Shown here piece by piece: positions 9,368 to 23,300 of a stretch of 41,828 nt of DNA (position 1 is its first letter; every line of letters starts with the position of its first letter). The notes under the pieces were generated by a model. That model did not search any database, had not been told where the DNA came from, and was given only the letters and a program-made list of their open reading frames with translations. This stretch comes from a virus (Duplodnaviria > Heunggongvirae > Uroviricota > Caudoviricetes), in the IMG/VR virus record IMGVR_UViG_2541047798_000006; one strand, 5' to 3'. Made by a program: the position numbers and the translations under genes.

Positions 9368-11863
9368 CGTCCACCTCCGGAGAACAGACCACCATCACGC
9401 ATCTGCCCGGTCACAACATCCATTGCCGCCTTGCGGGCCATGTCATACACTGCCTTCAGCATCTGTGGACCTGGCAGACCATTCGTGCCGTCGTTATTAA
9501 TCACCACATGGTTATTCTGCTCAAACTTCCCGGACGCCTGCGACCGGCTGTCCGCCAGGCTGCCCGGTGTACCGACATAACCACCGGTGGCATAGCCGCG
9601 CATCAGCCGGTAGAGATTCCCCACGCCAATCCGGCTGGTTGCCTCCTTCGTGAAGACAAATTCACCACGGTGAACAATCCCCGCTGGCTCATATTTGCCG
9701 CCGGTTCCCGTAAATCCCCCTGTCGCAAAATGGAATTTCGCCGCAGCTGCCTGAATGGCTGTACCGCCTGACGCGGATGCGCCGCCACCAACAGCACCGC
9801 CAATGGCGCTGCCGATACTCCCGACAATCCCCACCATTGCCTGCTTAAGCAGAATTTCTGTCATCATGGACAGCACGGATCGGGTGAAGCTGCGCCAGTT
9901 TTGTTCACTGCCGGTCAGCATCGCCGCCATATTCTGTGCAATACCATCAAAGGTCTGCGTGGCTGCACTTTTAACCTGCGACATACTGTCCGTGGCGCTC
10001 TCTTCCCACTCACTCCAGCCTGACTTGAGGCCTGCCATCCAGCTCCCGCGAAGCTGGTCTTCAGCTGCCCAGGTCTTTTTCTGCTCTGACATGACGTTAT
10101 TCAGCGCCAGCGGATTATCGCCATACTGTTCCTTCAGACGCTGTTCCGTGGCGTCCCGCGCTGCCTGCCGGTCAGTCAGCCCCCGGTTTTTCGCATCAAT
10201 GGCTGCCCGTTTTGCCCGTTGTTGCTGTGCGAATTTATCCGCCTGCTGCGCCAGCGCATTCAGGTGCTCCTGATACGTGACCTTATCGCCAAGTGCAGCC
10301 AGCTGGCGTTTGTACTCCAGCGTCTCGTCTTTATGCGCCAGCAGGGATTTCTCCTGTGCGGACAGCTGGCGACGTTGTGCCGCCTCCTCCAGTACCGCGA
10401 ACTGACTTTCTGCCTTCCACAAATCCCGGCGCTGCTGGCTGATTTTCTCATTCGCTGTCTTCCTGACGATCGCCCGCAGACACCTTCACGCCGGACTGTT
10501 TCGGCTTTTTCAGCGTCGCTTCATAATCCTTTTTCGCCGCCGCCATCAGCGTGTTGTAATCTGCCTGCAGGATTTTCCCGTCTTTCAGTGCCTTGTTCAG
10601 TTCTTCCTGACGGGCGGTATATTTCTCCAGCGGCGTCTGCAGCCGTTCGTAAGCCTTCTGCGCCTCTTCGGTATATTTCAGCCGTGACGCTTCGGTATCG
10701 CTCTGCTGCTGCGCATTTTTGTCCTGTTGACTCTGCTGTTCAGCCTTCTTTCGGGCGGCTTCAAGCGCAAGACGGGCCTTTTCACGATCATCCCAGTAAC
10801 GCGCCCGCGCTTCATCGTTAACAAAATAATCATCCTTGCGCAGATTCCAGATGTCGTCCGCTTTCTTAAACGCAGCCTCTGCCTTAATCAGCATCTCCTG
10901 AGCGGTATCAGGACGACCAATATCCAGCACCGCATCCCACATGGATTTGAATGCCCGTGCTGTCCTGTCTGCCCAGGTTTCCAGCGTGCCCATGTTCTCT
11001 TTCAGGCGTCGGGTCTGGTCATCAAACCCTTTCGTTGCGGCCTCGTTCGCCGCCTGCAATGCCCCGGCTTCATCGCCGGAACGCTGCAACTGAGCAACAT
11101 ACGCAATCTGCTCCGCCGTCACGTTATGGAACTGGCGCGCCATCGCCGTCAGCCCCGACGTCGGGTCAGTGGTCAGCTTCCCGAAGGCTTCAGCGACCTT
11201 GTCCACCTCCACACCGGATGCAGAGGAGAAACGCGCCACACTCTGGCTGATGGACGCAATCTGAGCCTCACCGCTTACCCCCGCCTTAACCAGTGCACTG
11301 AGTGACTCGCTGGTCTGGTTAAACGTCAGCCCTGCAGCCTGCCCGGCTCTGGACAGGACCAGCATACGATCTGCCGTCAGTCCCGCCTGATTACCGGAAA
11401 GGACCAGCGTTTTGTTGAAATCGGACAGGGTTGAGTTACCCTGATACCAGGCATACGCCAGCGCACCGGTCGCCACCGCCAGCGAGGTGGCCCCGACCAT
11501 CGGCAGGGTGATCGCACCGGCAAGCCCCCGGAACATGGGGATCATCCCGCCGAAGGAGTCCTTAACCTGACCACCCTGTTGCAGCAGGATCAGCCACGGG
11601 CTTTGCCCGCCTGCAAGCTGCGTGGCCACGTCGGTGAACTGTGCAGGCAGCATACGCATGGCGGCTTTATACTGCCCGACGGAAATCCCCGCTTTCTGTG
11701 CAGCCAGCGCCTGTCGGCTCAGCGACTGTTCAACGACTGCCGCTGTTTTTTTCGCATCACTTTCCGTACCGGAAAAATGACGCCTGACTCTGGCCATCTG
11801 CTCGTCAAATCTGGCCGCATCCAGACTTAAATCAACGACCAGATCGCCTACCGGTTCAGCCAT
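9364..11863 (-). pseudogene. H: Tape measure protein H, split into two frames (10448-11863 and 9364-10422) by a short out-of-frame deletion
   Basis: Fragment 1 (471 aa) matches lambda H up to ...SAGDRQEDS, then reads E-stop. Fragment 2 resumes at ...(L)WKAESQFAVLEEAAQ in another frame (11863 mod 3 differs from 10422 mod 3). About 21 codons of lambda H (AHAALLTLQAELRTLEKHAGA) are missing at about 10425-10450. Confidence 0.8.
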
Positions 11864-12290
11864 ACCGGACTCCTCCTGCGATCCCTTCTGATACTGTCAT
11901 CAGCATTACGTCATCCTCCGTCATGCCCGCCATATCCGGGGAAGCGGGGATAACTTCATTTCCGTCCGGGTCAAAGCGGACGCCTCCGGTAAGCCCTGCC
12001 GCTTTCTGCATCAGCACATCATCTTCAGGCTCTTCGTCATCCTCACGCCGGTTCAGCAAACTGAAATCCAGCGGATGCATATCCGGATCGCTGAAAAACA
12101 GGCTGAGCACAGTGTACGTCAGCCCGGAAAAGTGCATATCCAGCAGAACATCATGAAAATAATGGGTACTGTAAAAGCGGTGCCAGTCGGCATACTCCGT
12201 GGATGACATCCCGGCAAGCATGGCGCGCCAGTCAGGTCGCCCCATCTCTCGCGCCAGTTTCAGGGCAAAACTCAGCTCACCGTCGAACAC
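11856..12290 (-). CDS. T: T portion of tail assembly chaperone G-T (expressed by -1 frameshift from G)
   Basis: 144-aa ORF overlapping the end of G in the -1 frame, with the slippery heptamer at the overlap. Matches lambda gpT. Confidence 0.85.
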   Translation of the reverse strand: MFDGELSFALKLAREMGRPDWRAMLAGMSSTEYADWHRFYSTHYFHDVLLDMHFSGLTYTVLSLFFSDPDMHPLDFSLLNRREDDEEPEDDVLMQKAAGLTGGVRFDPDGNEVIPASPDMAGMTEDDVMLMTVSEGIAGGVRYG

Positions 12291-12694
12291 TTTCCCGCAG
12301 AAACAGGCTCTGCAGGCCCGGCGTCCTCTGTCTGGTCAGGGGCATCATTCACCACAAACTCATACATTCCGGACAGCCGGTACACCACGTTTTCAGCATG
12401 AGAAATTGCCTCTGTAGGCCAGGTGGTAAGCACTTCCTGCTCAATCTGTTTAACGGCTTCATTCATGGACGGCATCTGCGTCTTCTTCGGATGGTTATGC
12501 CACAGGGACATCGCCACCACAAAAGCGCCGGTTCTGATGGCGTCTTCCACAGTAAACTTCCGGTTGCTGTCTGACTCCGCCTGTTCTGCCTGCCGTTTCA
12601 TCAGGGCGAGATGCTCAATACGCTGTAGGGCTGACAGTTCAGAAAGCGTGACGGTCACGCCGTTATGTTCAAATGATTCGGTTTTCAGGAACAT
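12272..12694 (-). CDS. G: Tail assembly chaperone G
   Basis: 140-aa ORF MFLKTESFEHNGVTVTLSELSALQRIEHLALMKRQ... with the same length and sequence as lambda gpG, as recalled. Confidence 0.9.
   Translation of the reverse strand: MFLKTESFEHNGVTVTLSELSALQRIEHLALMKRQAEQAESDSNRKFTVEDAIRTGAFVVAMSLWHNHPKKTQMPSMNEAVKQIEQEVLTTWPTEAISHAENVVYRLSGMYEFVVNDAPDQTEDAGPAEPVSAGKCSTVS
12290..12296 (-). promoter_or_regulatory. Programmed -1 ribosomal frameshift slippery site G GGA AAG (G to G-T)
   Basis: The minus strand reads CTGCGGGAAAGTGTTCG. The heptamer GGGAAAG lies exactly in the G/T overlap. Confidence 0.8.
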
Positions 12695-12709
12695 CGCTGA
12701 CTCTCCGGA

Positions 12710-13450
12710 TTAACTGGCGGTGACGGTGATTTCTGCAACCGCAGCAAACTCACCATTACCGGATACGACCGGAATGTTGACCTTGCCTGCAGCAACGCCG
12801 TTCACGGTGATGGTCATACCACTGACCGACACGGTGGCTTTTGTTTTATCCGCAGACACCGCACGGAAGCTCTTGTCGGTTGCGCCTTCCGGCTGGAATG
12901 CCACGGTCAGCGTGGTGCTCTGCCCTTTCACTACGGAAGCACTGGCTGGCGTTACCGTCATGCCGGTGGCCGCCGTCACCGTGCTGCGATCTTCTGCCAT
13001 CGACGGGCGTCCCACATTGGTGACCTTCACCGTGCGGGTAATCACTTCCTTCGCCGTCACCGCCTTACCGATACTGCTGACCCAGCCACGGAACACATCG
13101 ACCGTGCCGTTCGGGAAGCGGATTTTATAGGCACGGGTATCACCTTCATTAAACCACGCCAGCAGCGCCTGCTGCCCCTGCTCTCCGGGCATCCACGCCA
13201 GCGTGAAGCTGGTATCTCCGGCTGACTTCTGCCCCTGTCCGGTCGCGGTCCAGTCCGCATCTTCATCATCGAGATAACTGTCGTCATAGGACTCAGCGGT
13301 CAGTTCGCCGGGCGTCAGGTCTTTAACTTTAGCCAGACGCGACCAGTCAACGTCTGAAAGCGGGTTCGCATAAGGGTCACCGTTCCCCTTATAAACCCAC
13401 AGTGTGGTCCCGGCACCTTTCACCGGCATTGTTGGATTTGGTACAGGCAT
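12710..13450 (-). CDS. V: Major tail tube protein V (with C-terminal Ig-like domain)
   Basis: Lambda gpV starts [22 protein letters not shown]. That Met is codon 11 of the track ORF (start 13450), just after the U stop at 13458. Confidence 0.9.
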   Translation of the reverse strand: MPVPNPTMPVKGAGTTLWVYKGNGDPYANPLSDVDWSRLAKVKDLTPGELTAESYDDSYLDDEDADWTATGQGQKSAGDTSFTLAWMPGEQGQQALLAWFNEGDTRAYKIRFPNGTVDVFRGWVSSIGKAVTAKEVITRTVKVTNVGRPSMAEDRSTVTAATGMTVTPASASVVKGQSTTLTVAFQPEGATDKSFRAVSADKTKATVSVSGMTITVNGVAAGKVNIPVVSGNGEFAAVAEITVTAS

Positions 13451-13457
13451 AGCGTCC

Positions 13458-13853
13458 TCACATTTCATAGGTAATGACATAAGTCAGATCGGCTGAACTC
13501 CACAGGCCCGCATCATCGTCGCGCCGGTAGTCATAGCCACTGGCCACCATACTGGTGATCAAATCTGACAGTGCCGGGATATCGCTCATCACCGGATAAA
13601 TCCGGGACTCCATCCACGAATCCAGCTCTGAATCCGGCACCTGAGCAGGCAGGAAAACTTCAATATGCAGCTCCGCCTGCCAGGTATCGCTGTCCAGCTC
13701 TTCGCCCGTGTATTCAGCGCCGGTGAGATAAACGGCAATTGCCGGAAAATCCGCCTCATCAAAAACAGCGGGGCGACCATCAAAAAGCGTCGCCCCGGTG
13801 TCATGCTTCTCCAGTGCATCCAGTACGGCTGCACGGAGTTCAGTATGTTTCAT
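13458..13853 (-). CDS. U: Tail terminator protein U
   Basis: 131-aa [34 protein letters not shown]... matching lambda gpU. Confidence 0.9.
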   Translation of the reverse strand: MKHTELRAAVLDALEKHDTGATLFDGRPAVFDEADFPAIAVYLTGAEYTGEELDSDTWQAELHIEVFLPAQVPDSELDSWMESRIYPVMSDIPALSDLITSMVASGYDYRRDDDAGLWSSADLTYVITYEM

Positions 13854-14428
13854 CGCTTTATTACCATTCTCAGTTGATGCTGCAGCGCATAGCCCAGCTC
13901 TTTCGGAAGACGTTCACGCCGTATCCGTTCAATATTCTGTTTAAACGCCGTGGTAAGCGGCACCGCCATCGGGATTTTCACCACATCAATGGGGTAACGG
14001 TTTTTCCCGGCCACACGCTGCATGACATGCCACCGCCCATTTTTCAGTTGCTGAATAAACGCGCCGGGAATACGACGGTTACCCACCACAAGCACGCTGC
14101 CGCCACCTTTCAGGGATGAACGCTGCCCCTTTTTACGACGCCTGCGGCGGGACAGGACAACCCGCGCATTACCCAGCTTGATTACGGGCAAATCCCCCCG
14201 GTTAACTTTGATTCTGGCCTGCGGATTTTTGACCGTGGCCCTTTTCAGCCTGGCCCTTTCCTTTACCAGTTTCCGGCGTACCTTTGTCTCACGGGCAACC
14301 TGTGACGCAGACTGCGATATCACGGATGAAGCAACGCGGTTAATGGCCATTGCGGCGGCACCAGGCACCGCCGTTTTGCTGATACGGCTGAGGTTTTCAA
14401 CGGCCTGCTCAAGACCTTTTATGGCCAT
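13850..14428 (-). CDS. Z: Tail completion protein Z
   Basis: 192-aa ORF MAIKGLEQAVENLSRISKTAVPGAAAMAINRVA... matching lambda gpZ. It has a 4-nt overlap with U. Confidence 0.9.
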   Translation of the reverse strand: MAIKGLEQAVENLSRISKTAVPGAAAMAINRVASSVISQSASQVARETKVRRKLVKERARLKRATVKNPQARIKVNRGDLPVIKLGNARVVLSRRRRRKKGQRSSLKGGGSVLVVGNRRIPGAFIQQLKNGRWHVMQRVAGKNRYPIDVVKIPMAVPLTTAFKQNIERIRRERLPKELGYALQHQLRMVIKR

Positions 14429-14439
14429 ACATCCCCCTT

Positions 14440-14793
14440 TCAGCGGCGACGGTTAACGGCAGGCGGTACGCCCCGCCCAAGCCAGAGATGACAGCTTCCA
14501 CCATCATCCGGCGAAACCCGGTCTATCCAGAAGTTTTCCTCACCGATGGTCAGCGTGTCTCCACGCCGCAGCTGCCGCACATCATCAGTCCGGACAAACA
14601 GGGACGGGCTGGAGCCTTCAACGCGCACGCCCTGTCCGGCATAGCTGATATTTTCAGGGTCATCAAAAACACCACGTATTACTGCGCCGGACTGCTCACC
14701 GGATGTCATGGTGGCTGACGTTCCCATGTACCCGCGTATCGTTTCATCGGCGCGGACAATGGCAGCATCGAACAGGTTATCGAAATCAGCCAC
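14440..14793 (-). CDS. FII: Head-tail joining protein FII
   Basis: 117-aa ORF MADFDNLFDAAIVRADETIRGYMGTSA... matching lambda gpFII. Confidence 0.9.
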   Translation of the reverse strand: MADFDNLFDAAIVRADETIRGYMGTSATMTSGEQSGAVIRGVFDDPENISYAGQGVRVEGSSPSLFVRTDDVRQLRRGDTLTIGEENFWIDRVSPDDGGSCHLWLGRGVPPAVNRRR

Positions 14794-14804
14794 AGCGCCT
14801 CCCG

Positions 14805-15200
14805 TTATTGCATTCTGGCCAGGCCGCGCTCTGTCATTTCGGCTGCCACACCGGCAGAGACACGAAACGCCGTTCCCGGCAGCACAAATGCCACAGGTTC
14901 ATCCCGCGTGGCGTGAAGTGCATCGGTATGCAGCGTCACCAGTGCCACAACCGTGACCAGAACAGCCGTATCAGTCACGGTATCCGTCTGTGCTGATACC
15001 ACCTCATTTTCATGTCCGGTCAGCGCATTTTCCGGGCTGACAGACGTGTCCTGACCGGCTCCGTCATCCTTGTCATCAAGCTCCTCTTCCAGCTCTGCCA
15101 CACGGAGCGCCAGTTCTTCTTTCGTCCCCGTCAGGCTGACATCACGGTTCAGTTGCTCACCCAGCGACCGGAGACGGGCAATCAGTTCATCTTTCGTCAT
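14805..15200 (-). CDS. FI: DNA packaging/head completion protein FI
   Basis: Lambda gpFI begins MTKDELIARLRSLGEQLNRDVSLTGTKEELA. That Met is codon 14 of the track ORF. Confidence 0.85.
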   Translation of the reverse strand: MTKDELIARLRSLGEQLNRDVSLTGTKEELALRVAELEEELDDKDDGAGQDTSVSPENALTGHENEVVSAQTDTVTDTAVLVTVVALVTLHTDALHATRDEPVAFVLPGTAFRVSAGVAAEMTERGLARMQ

Positions 15201-15241
15201 GGACTCCTCCACAGAGAGAAAATGGCCCCGAAGGGCCATGA

Positions 15242-16267
15242 TTACGCCAGTTGAACGGACACGAACTCATCAGGATCAGCCAGCAGCATCAGCGGTGCTG
15301 ACTGAATCATGGTGAACTCACGCGCCGGATCGCCGCTGGTCACCCAGTTTTTCGGGTAGCGGGCAGAAGCGTTAATACCTTCGCGCTGTGCGTCCGCATC
15401 CTGAATGCAGCCATAGGTGCGCAGACCGCGAGCCTGAGTGTTCCCCAGCACCATCGTGTTGTCCGGCAGAAAGTTCTTTTTGACGCCGTTTTCCACGTAC
15501 TGTCCGGAATACACGACGATGGCCACATCGCCATACATCCCCTTATAGGACACCGCTTTGCCCAGGTCTTTCACCGCTGTCTCCAGCTCGGAATGAGAGC
15601 CGCGACGGGTATCCAGCTTCTCCCTGACGGCTTTGAAGGAACGGAACAGCGCCCAGCCTTTCGGATCAAAAACGATAATATTCACCACACCGCTGGCGTT
15701 CAGCGCGTAGGCTTCGATATCGTCGGTCGGGTCATACGTGGACTTGTCGCGCTTGCTCCACTCCGTGCTGCCGGACTGCGTGATGTTATTCGCTTCACTG
15801 CGACCCATATCCACCTCAACCGGATCGAAGGCTTCACCGGTCATGGTGTATTTGCCCTTAAGCACGGCAGAAACGGCCTGCATCTCTTCGACCTGAGCAA
15901 TGGCCAGCTCTTCGTCTCGCATGTTCTGCATGATGATGCGACGGCGGCGGTAAGCCGGGTCCGCCAGATTCTTCGGATCTTCATCCGGCAGGCGACGCAG
16001 GGTCATCTGCGGATTCACCTCATGCTTGGGCTTGACATATCCCGGTGTAAATTCAGAGGTGGAGCCGCCACGGGAGCGGATAACCTCACCGGAAACAATC
16101 GGCGAAACGTACAGCGCCATGTTTACCAGTCCCGGAATTTGTGAGAGATAGACTTTCTCCGTGGTGAAGGGATAGCTCTCACGGAAAAAGAGACGCAGAA
16201 ACAGCGGATCAAACTTAAATTTCTGCTCATTTGCCGCCAGCAGTTGGGCGGTTGTGTACATCGACAT
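15242..16267 (-). CDS. E: Major capsid protein E
   Basis: 341-aa ORF MSMYTTAQLLAANEQKFKFDPLFLRLFFRESYPF... matching lambda gpE. Confidence 0.95.
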   Translation of the reverse strand: MSMYTTAQLLAANEQKFKFDPLFLRLFFRESYPFTTEKVYLSQIPGLVNMALYVSPIVSGEVIRSRGGSTSEFTPGYVKPKHEVNPQMTLRRLPDEDPKNLADPAYRRRRIIMQNMRDEELAIAQVEEMQAVSAVLKGKYTMTGEAFDPVEVDMGRSEANNITQSGSTEWSKRDKSTYDPTDDIEAYALNASGVVNIIVFDPKGWALFRSFKAVREKLDTRRGSHSELETAVKDLGKAVSYKGMYGDVAIVVYSGQYVENGVKKNFLPDNTMVLGNTQARGLRTYGCIQDADAQREGINASARYPKNWVTSGDPAREFTMIQSAPLMLLADPDEFVSVQLA

Positions 16268-16321
16268 AAAAAATCCCGTAAAAAAAGCCGCACATGCGGC
16301 CTTTAGTGATGAAGGGTCAGG

Positions 16322-16654
16322 TTAAACGATGCTGATTGCCGTTCCGGCAAACGCGGTCCGTTTTTTCGTCTCGTCGCTGGCAGCCTCCGGCCAGAGCACA
16401 TCCTCATAACGGAACGTGCCGGACTTGTAGAACGTCAGCGTGTTGCTGGTCTGGTCAGCAGCAACCGCAAGAATGCCAACGGCAGCACCGTCGGTGGTGC
16501 CATCCCACGCAACCAGCTTACGGGTGGAGGTGTCCAGCATCAGCGGGGTCATTGCAGGCGCTTTCGCACTCAATCCGCCGGGCGCGGTTGCGGTATGAGC
16601 CGGGTCACTGTTGCCCAGCGGCTGGTAATGGGTAAAGGTTTCTTTGCTCGTCAT
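16322..16654 (-). CDS. D: Capsid decoration protein D
   Basis: Lambda gpD starts [12 protein letters not shown] (110 aa). That Met is codon 3 of the track ORF. Confidence 0.9.
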   Translation of the reverse strand: MTSKETFTHYQPLGNSDPAHTATAPGGLSAKAPAMTPLMLDTSTRKLVAWDGTTDGAAVGILAVAADQTSNTLTFYKSGTFRYEDVLWPEAASDETKKRTAFAGTAISIV

Positions 16655-16663
16655 AAACATCCC

Positions 16664-17269
16664 TTACACTGGTGTGTTCAGCAAATCGTTAACGGCATCA
16701 GATGCCGGGTTACCTGCAGCCAGCGGTGCCGGTGCCCCCTGCATCAGACGATCCAGCGCAGTGTCACTGCGCGCCTGTGCACTCTGTGGTGCTGCGGCCA
16801 GAATGCGGCGGGCCGTTTCCACGGTCATACCGGGGATTTCGGCCAGCACGCGGGCCTGTTCTTCGCGTCCGTGAGCCTCCTCACAGTTGAGGATCCCCAT
16901 AATGCGGCTGTTTTCTGCCGCAACCGCAGCGGTGATCTGCGCGTTCACGTCCGGCTGCGCCGCGCTGGCGTTTTCGCCCTCCGTCGCTGGCACCACGTCA
17001 GTAACGTCAGCCTGCGAAGCAGTGGCTGAAACAGTTGTTGATTGAGTCTCTTTGGTCATTCGCCCTCCTGAGAGACGGGATTTACGTGCATCCAGTGCAT
17101 CACGCATAACGGTGATCGCATCGGTGCTGTTGACAAGTTCATCAGCCAGTCCGGCATCAATGGCCTCCTGACCGCTGTACACTGCAGCCTCGGTATCCAG
17201 CACAGCCTGCACGGACAGGCCGATATATGCCGACACCTTCTGCGCAAACATCTGGCGGGTTGCATCCAT
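16664..17269 (-). CDS. Nu3: Scaffolding protein Nu3 (in-frame internal start within C)
   Basis: The internal ATG at 17269 gives a 201-aa product MDATRQMFAQKVSAY...NTPV, the length I recall for lambda Nu3. Confidence 0.75.
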   Translation of the reverse strand: MDATRQMFAQKVSAYIGLSVQAVLDTEAAVYSGQEAIDAGLADELVNSTDAITVMRDALDARKSRLSGGRMTKETQSTTVSATASQADVTDVVPATEGENASAAQPDVNAQITAAVAAENSRIMGILNCEEAHGREEQARVLAEIPGMTVETARRILAAAPQSAQARSDTALDRLMQGAPAPLAAGNPASDAVNDLLNTPV

Positions 17270-17963
17270 CCGGGACTGCAGTGTCTCCCGGACGTCATCC
17301 GGAAGATGGCTGTAGGGGTTGCCATCCACCTTATGGCTGCCGCTGTAAATCAGCGTGATTTCCACGCCCTGTTTCTCCAGCGCAGCACCGTAATTACTGT
17401 GAGCCATCATGACGCCGATGGAGCCTGTCCGGGCGGTCTGCGTGACCAGACGCCGGGAGGCGGCGCTGGCAAGCAGCTGCCCTGCACTGCAGTTCATGTC
17501 ATTGGCCAGCGCCCATACCGGCTTTATGTCACGCACACGGGCGATGATGTCAGCGCAGTCAAATGCCCCTGCCACCATCCCGCCTGGCGTATCCATATCG
17601 AGCAGAATGCCGTCCACCATCGGGTCGCTGGCAGCCTGTTGCAGACGGGCGATAATGCCGTTGTAACCGGTCATCCCCGAATACGGCTGCAGCGCTCGCG
17701 TCCGGCTGACCAGCGTACCGGACACCGGCAGCACGGCGATGCCGTTCATGACCTGATAATTGCGGGCCTGTCGTGGTCCGTCATCATCACCGGATAACGC
17801 CAGCGCCGCGGGTGCCTCTCCGGCAGTCAGGCTGTCGCCGGACACCGCATCCGTCAGGCGACTGATCCCAAGCTGGCCTGCAAGCGCACAAAAGAAAACC
17901 CGCGCATAGGCGGGTTCAAGCATCAGCGGCTCATTAAAAGCCATGCTGGCAATATGCGGGAGA

Positions 17964-17983
<20 letters not shown>
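16664..17983 (-). CDS. C: Head maturation protease / scaffold C (ClpP/SppA-type S49 peptidase)
   Basis: Matches lambda gpC from (M)TAELRNLPHIASMAFNEPL. The corresponding codon here is GTG at 17983, overlapping the B stop by 20 nt. The 45 upstream codons of the track ORF lie inside B. Confidence 0.9.
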
Positions 17984-21664
<3,681 letters not shown>

Positions 21665-21690
<26 letters not shown>

Positions 21691-22210
21691 TCAGCAACCC
21701 CGGTATCAGTTCATCCAGCGCGGCTGCTTTGTTCATGGCTTTGATGATATCCCGTTTCAGGAAATCAACATGTCGGTTTTCCAGTTCCGGAAAACGCCGC
21801 TGCACCGACAGGGGGATCCCGTCGAGAATACTGGCAATTTCACCTGCGATCCGCGACAGCACGAAAGTACAGAATGCGGTTTCCACCACTTCAGCGGAGT
21901 CTCTGGCATTCTTCAGTTCCTGTGCGTCGGCCTGCGCACGCGTAAGTCGATGGCGTTCGTACTCAATAGTTCCTGGCTGGAGATCTGCCTCGCTGGCCTG
22001 CCGCAGTTCTTCAACCTCCCGGCGCAGCTTTTCGTTCTCAATTTCAGCATCCCTTTCGGCATACCATTTTATGACGGCGGCAGAGTCATAAAGCACCTCA
22101 TTACCCTTGCCACCGCCTCGCAGAACGGGCATTCCCTGTTCCTGCCAGTTCTGAATGGTACGGATACTCGCACCGAAAATGTCAGCCAGCTGCTTTTTGT
22201 TGACTTCCAT
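21665..22210 (-). CDS. Nu1: Terminase small subunit Nu1
   Basis: 181-aa ORF MEVNKKQLADIFGASIRTIQNWQEQGMPVLRGGGKGNEVLYDSAAV... matching lambda gpNu1. Confidence 0.95.
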
Positions 22211-22214
22211 TGTT

Positions 22215-22450
22215 CATTCCACGGACAAAAACAGAGAAAGGAAACGACAGAGGCCAAAAAGCTCGCTTTCAGCACCTGTCGTTTCCTTTCTTTTCAGAGG
22301 GTATTTTAAATAAAAACATTAAGTTATGACGAAGAAGAACGGAAACGCCTTAAACCGGGAATTTTTCATAAATAGCGAAAACCCGCGAGGTCGCCGCCCC
22401 GTAACCTGTCGGATCACCGGAAAGGACCCGTAAAGCGATAATGATTATCA
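22215..22450 (-). promoter_or_regulatory. cos region (cosB between Nu1 and cosN; cosN; cosQ side)
   Basis: The minus strand reads ...ACGGGTCCTTTCCGGTGATCCGACAGGTTACG|GGGCGGCGACCTCGCGGGTTTTCGCTATTTATGAAAATT..., which are the lambda right and left ends as I recall them. Confidence 0.9.
22388..22399 (-). other. cosN 12-nt cohesive-end sequence GGGCGGCGACCT
   Basis: The plus strand aggtcgccgccc at 22388-22399 is the reverse complement of the lambda cohesive end. Confidence 0.9.
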
Positions 22451-22598
22451 TCTACATATCACAACGTGCGTGGAGGCCATCAAACCACGTCAAATAATCA
22501 ATTATGACGCAGGTATCGTATTAATTGATCTGCATCAACCTAACGTAAAAACAACTTCAGACAATACAAATCAGCGACACTGAATACAGGGCAACCTC

Positions 22599-22832
22599 AT
22601 GTCAACGAAGAACAGAACCCGCAGAACAACAACCCGCAACATCCGCTTTCCTAACCAAATGATTGAACAAATTAACATCGCTCTTGTTCAAAAAGGGTCC
22701 GGGAATTTCTCAGCCTGGGTCATTGAAGCCTGCCGCCGGAGACTGTGCTCAGAAAAAAGAGTTTCGCCTGAAGCAAACAAAGAAAAGAGTGACATTACTG
22801 AATTGCTCAGAAAACAGGTCAGACCAGATTGA
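22599..22832 (+). CDS. Small basic DNA-binding-like protein (YlcI/YnfO-type, DUF3950-like by recollection)
   Basis: 77-aa ORF MSTKNRTRRTTTRNIRFPNQMIEQINIALVQKGSGNFSAWVIEACRRRL... The N-terminal Arg-rich/RHH-like pattern is the same cos-proximal gene family as in lambda, DLP12 and Qin. Confidence 0.6.
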   Translation: MSTKNRTRRTTTRNIRFPNQMIEQINIALVQKGSGNFSAWVIEACRRRLCSEKRVSPEANKEKSDITELLRKQVRPD

Positions 22833-22889
22833 AGCAATTTAGATAATCGTGCAGACTACGCCCCCTCATATCACATGGAAGGTACTACA

Positions 22890-23300
22890 ATGGCTCAGGT
22901 TGCCATTTTTAAACAAATATTCGATAAAGTGCGAAATAATTTAAACTATCACTGGTTTTATTCTGAACTAAAACGTCACAATGTTTCACATTACATTTAC
23001 TATTTAGCCACAGAGAATATTCATCTTGTTCTTGAAAACGATAATACGGTTTTAATAAAAGGACAGGGTAAGGTTGTAAATGTAAGATTTTCAAAAAATA
23101 AATGCCTTATAGAAGCCACCTTAAAAGGATTCAAATCAGGAGAGTTATCATTTTACGAATACAGGAAAAATCTTGCTACAGCAGGGGTTTTCAGATGGAT
23201 TACAAATATCCACGAAAACAAAAGGTATTACTATACCTTTGATAATTCATTACTCTTTACTGAGAACATTCAGAACACTACACAAATATTTCCGCACTAA
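22890..23300 (+). CDS. YbcV-like protein (DUF1398 family)
   Basis: [45 protein letters not shown]... resembles E. coli YbcV as recalled. GGAAGG lies 7 nt before the ATG at 22890 (the track start at 22875 is an alternative). Confidence 0.7.
   Translation: MAQVAIFKQIFDKVRNNLNYHWFYSELKRHNVSHYIYYLATENIHLVLENDNTVLIKGQGKVVNVRFSKNKCLIEATLKGFKSGELSFYEYRKNLATAGVFRWITNIHENKRYYYTFDNSLLFTENIQNTTQIFPH

Noticed and set aside
9508-11305. Multiple 60-200-aa ORFs on both strands within the H region (for example 9755-10273 +, 10219-10821 +, 10727-11305 +)
   Set aside because: They overlap the tape-measure frames, which match lambda H. They are typical open antisense frames of a GC-rich, Ala-rich gene. Only the H frame break itself is meaningful.
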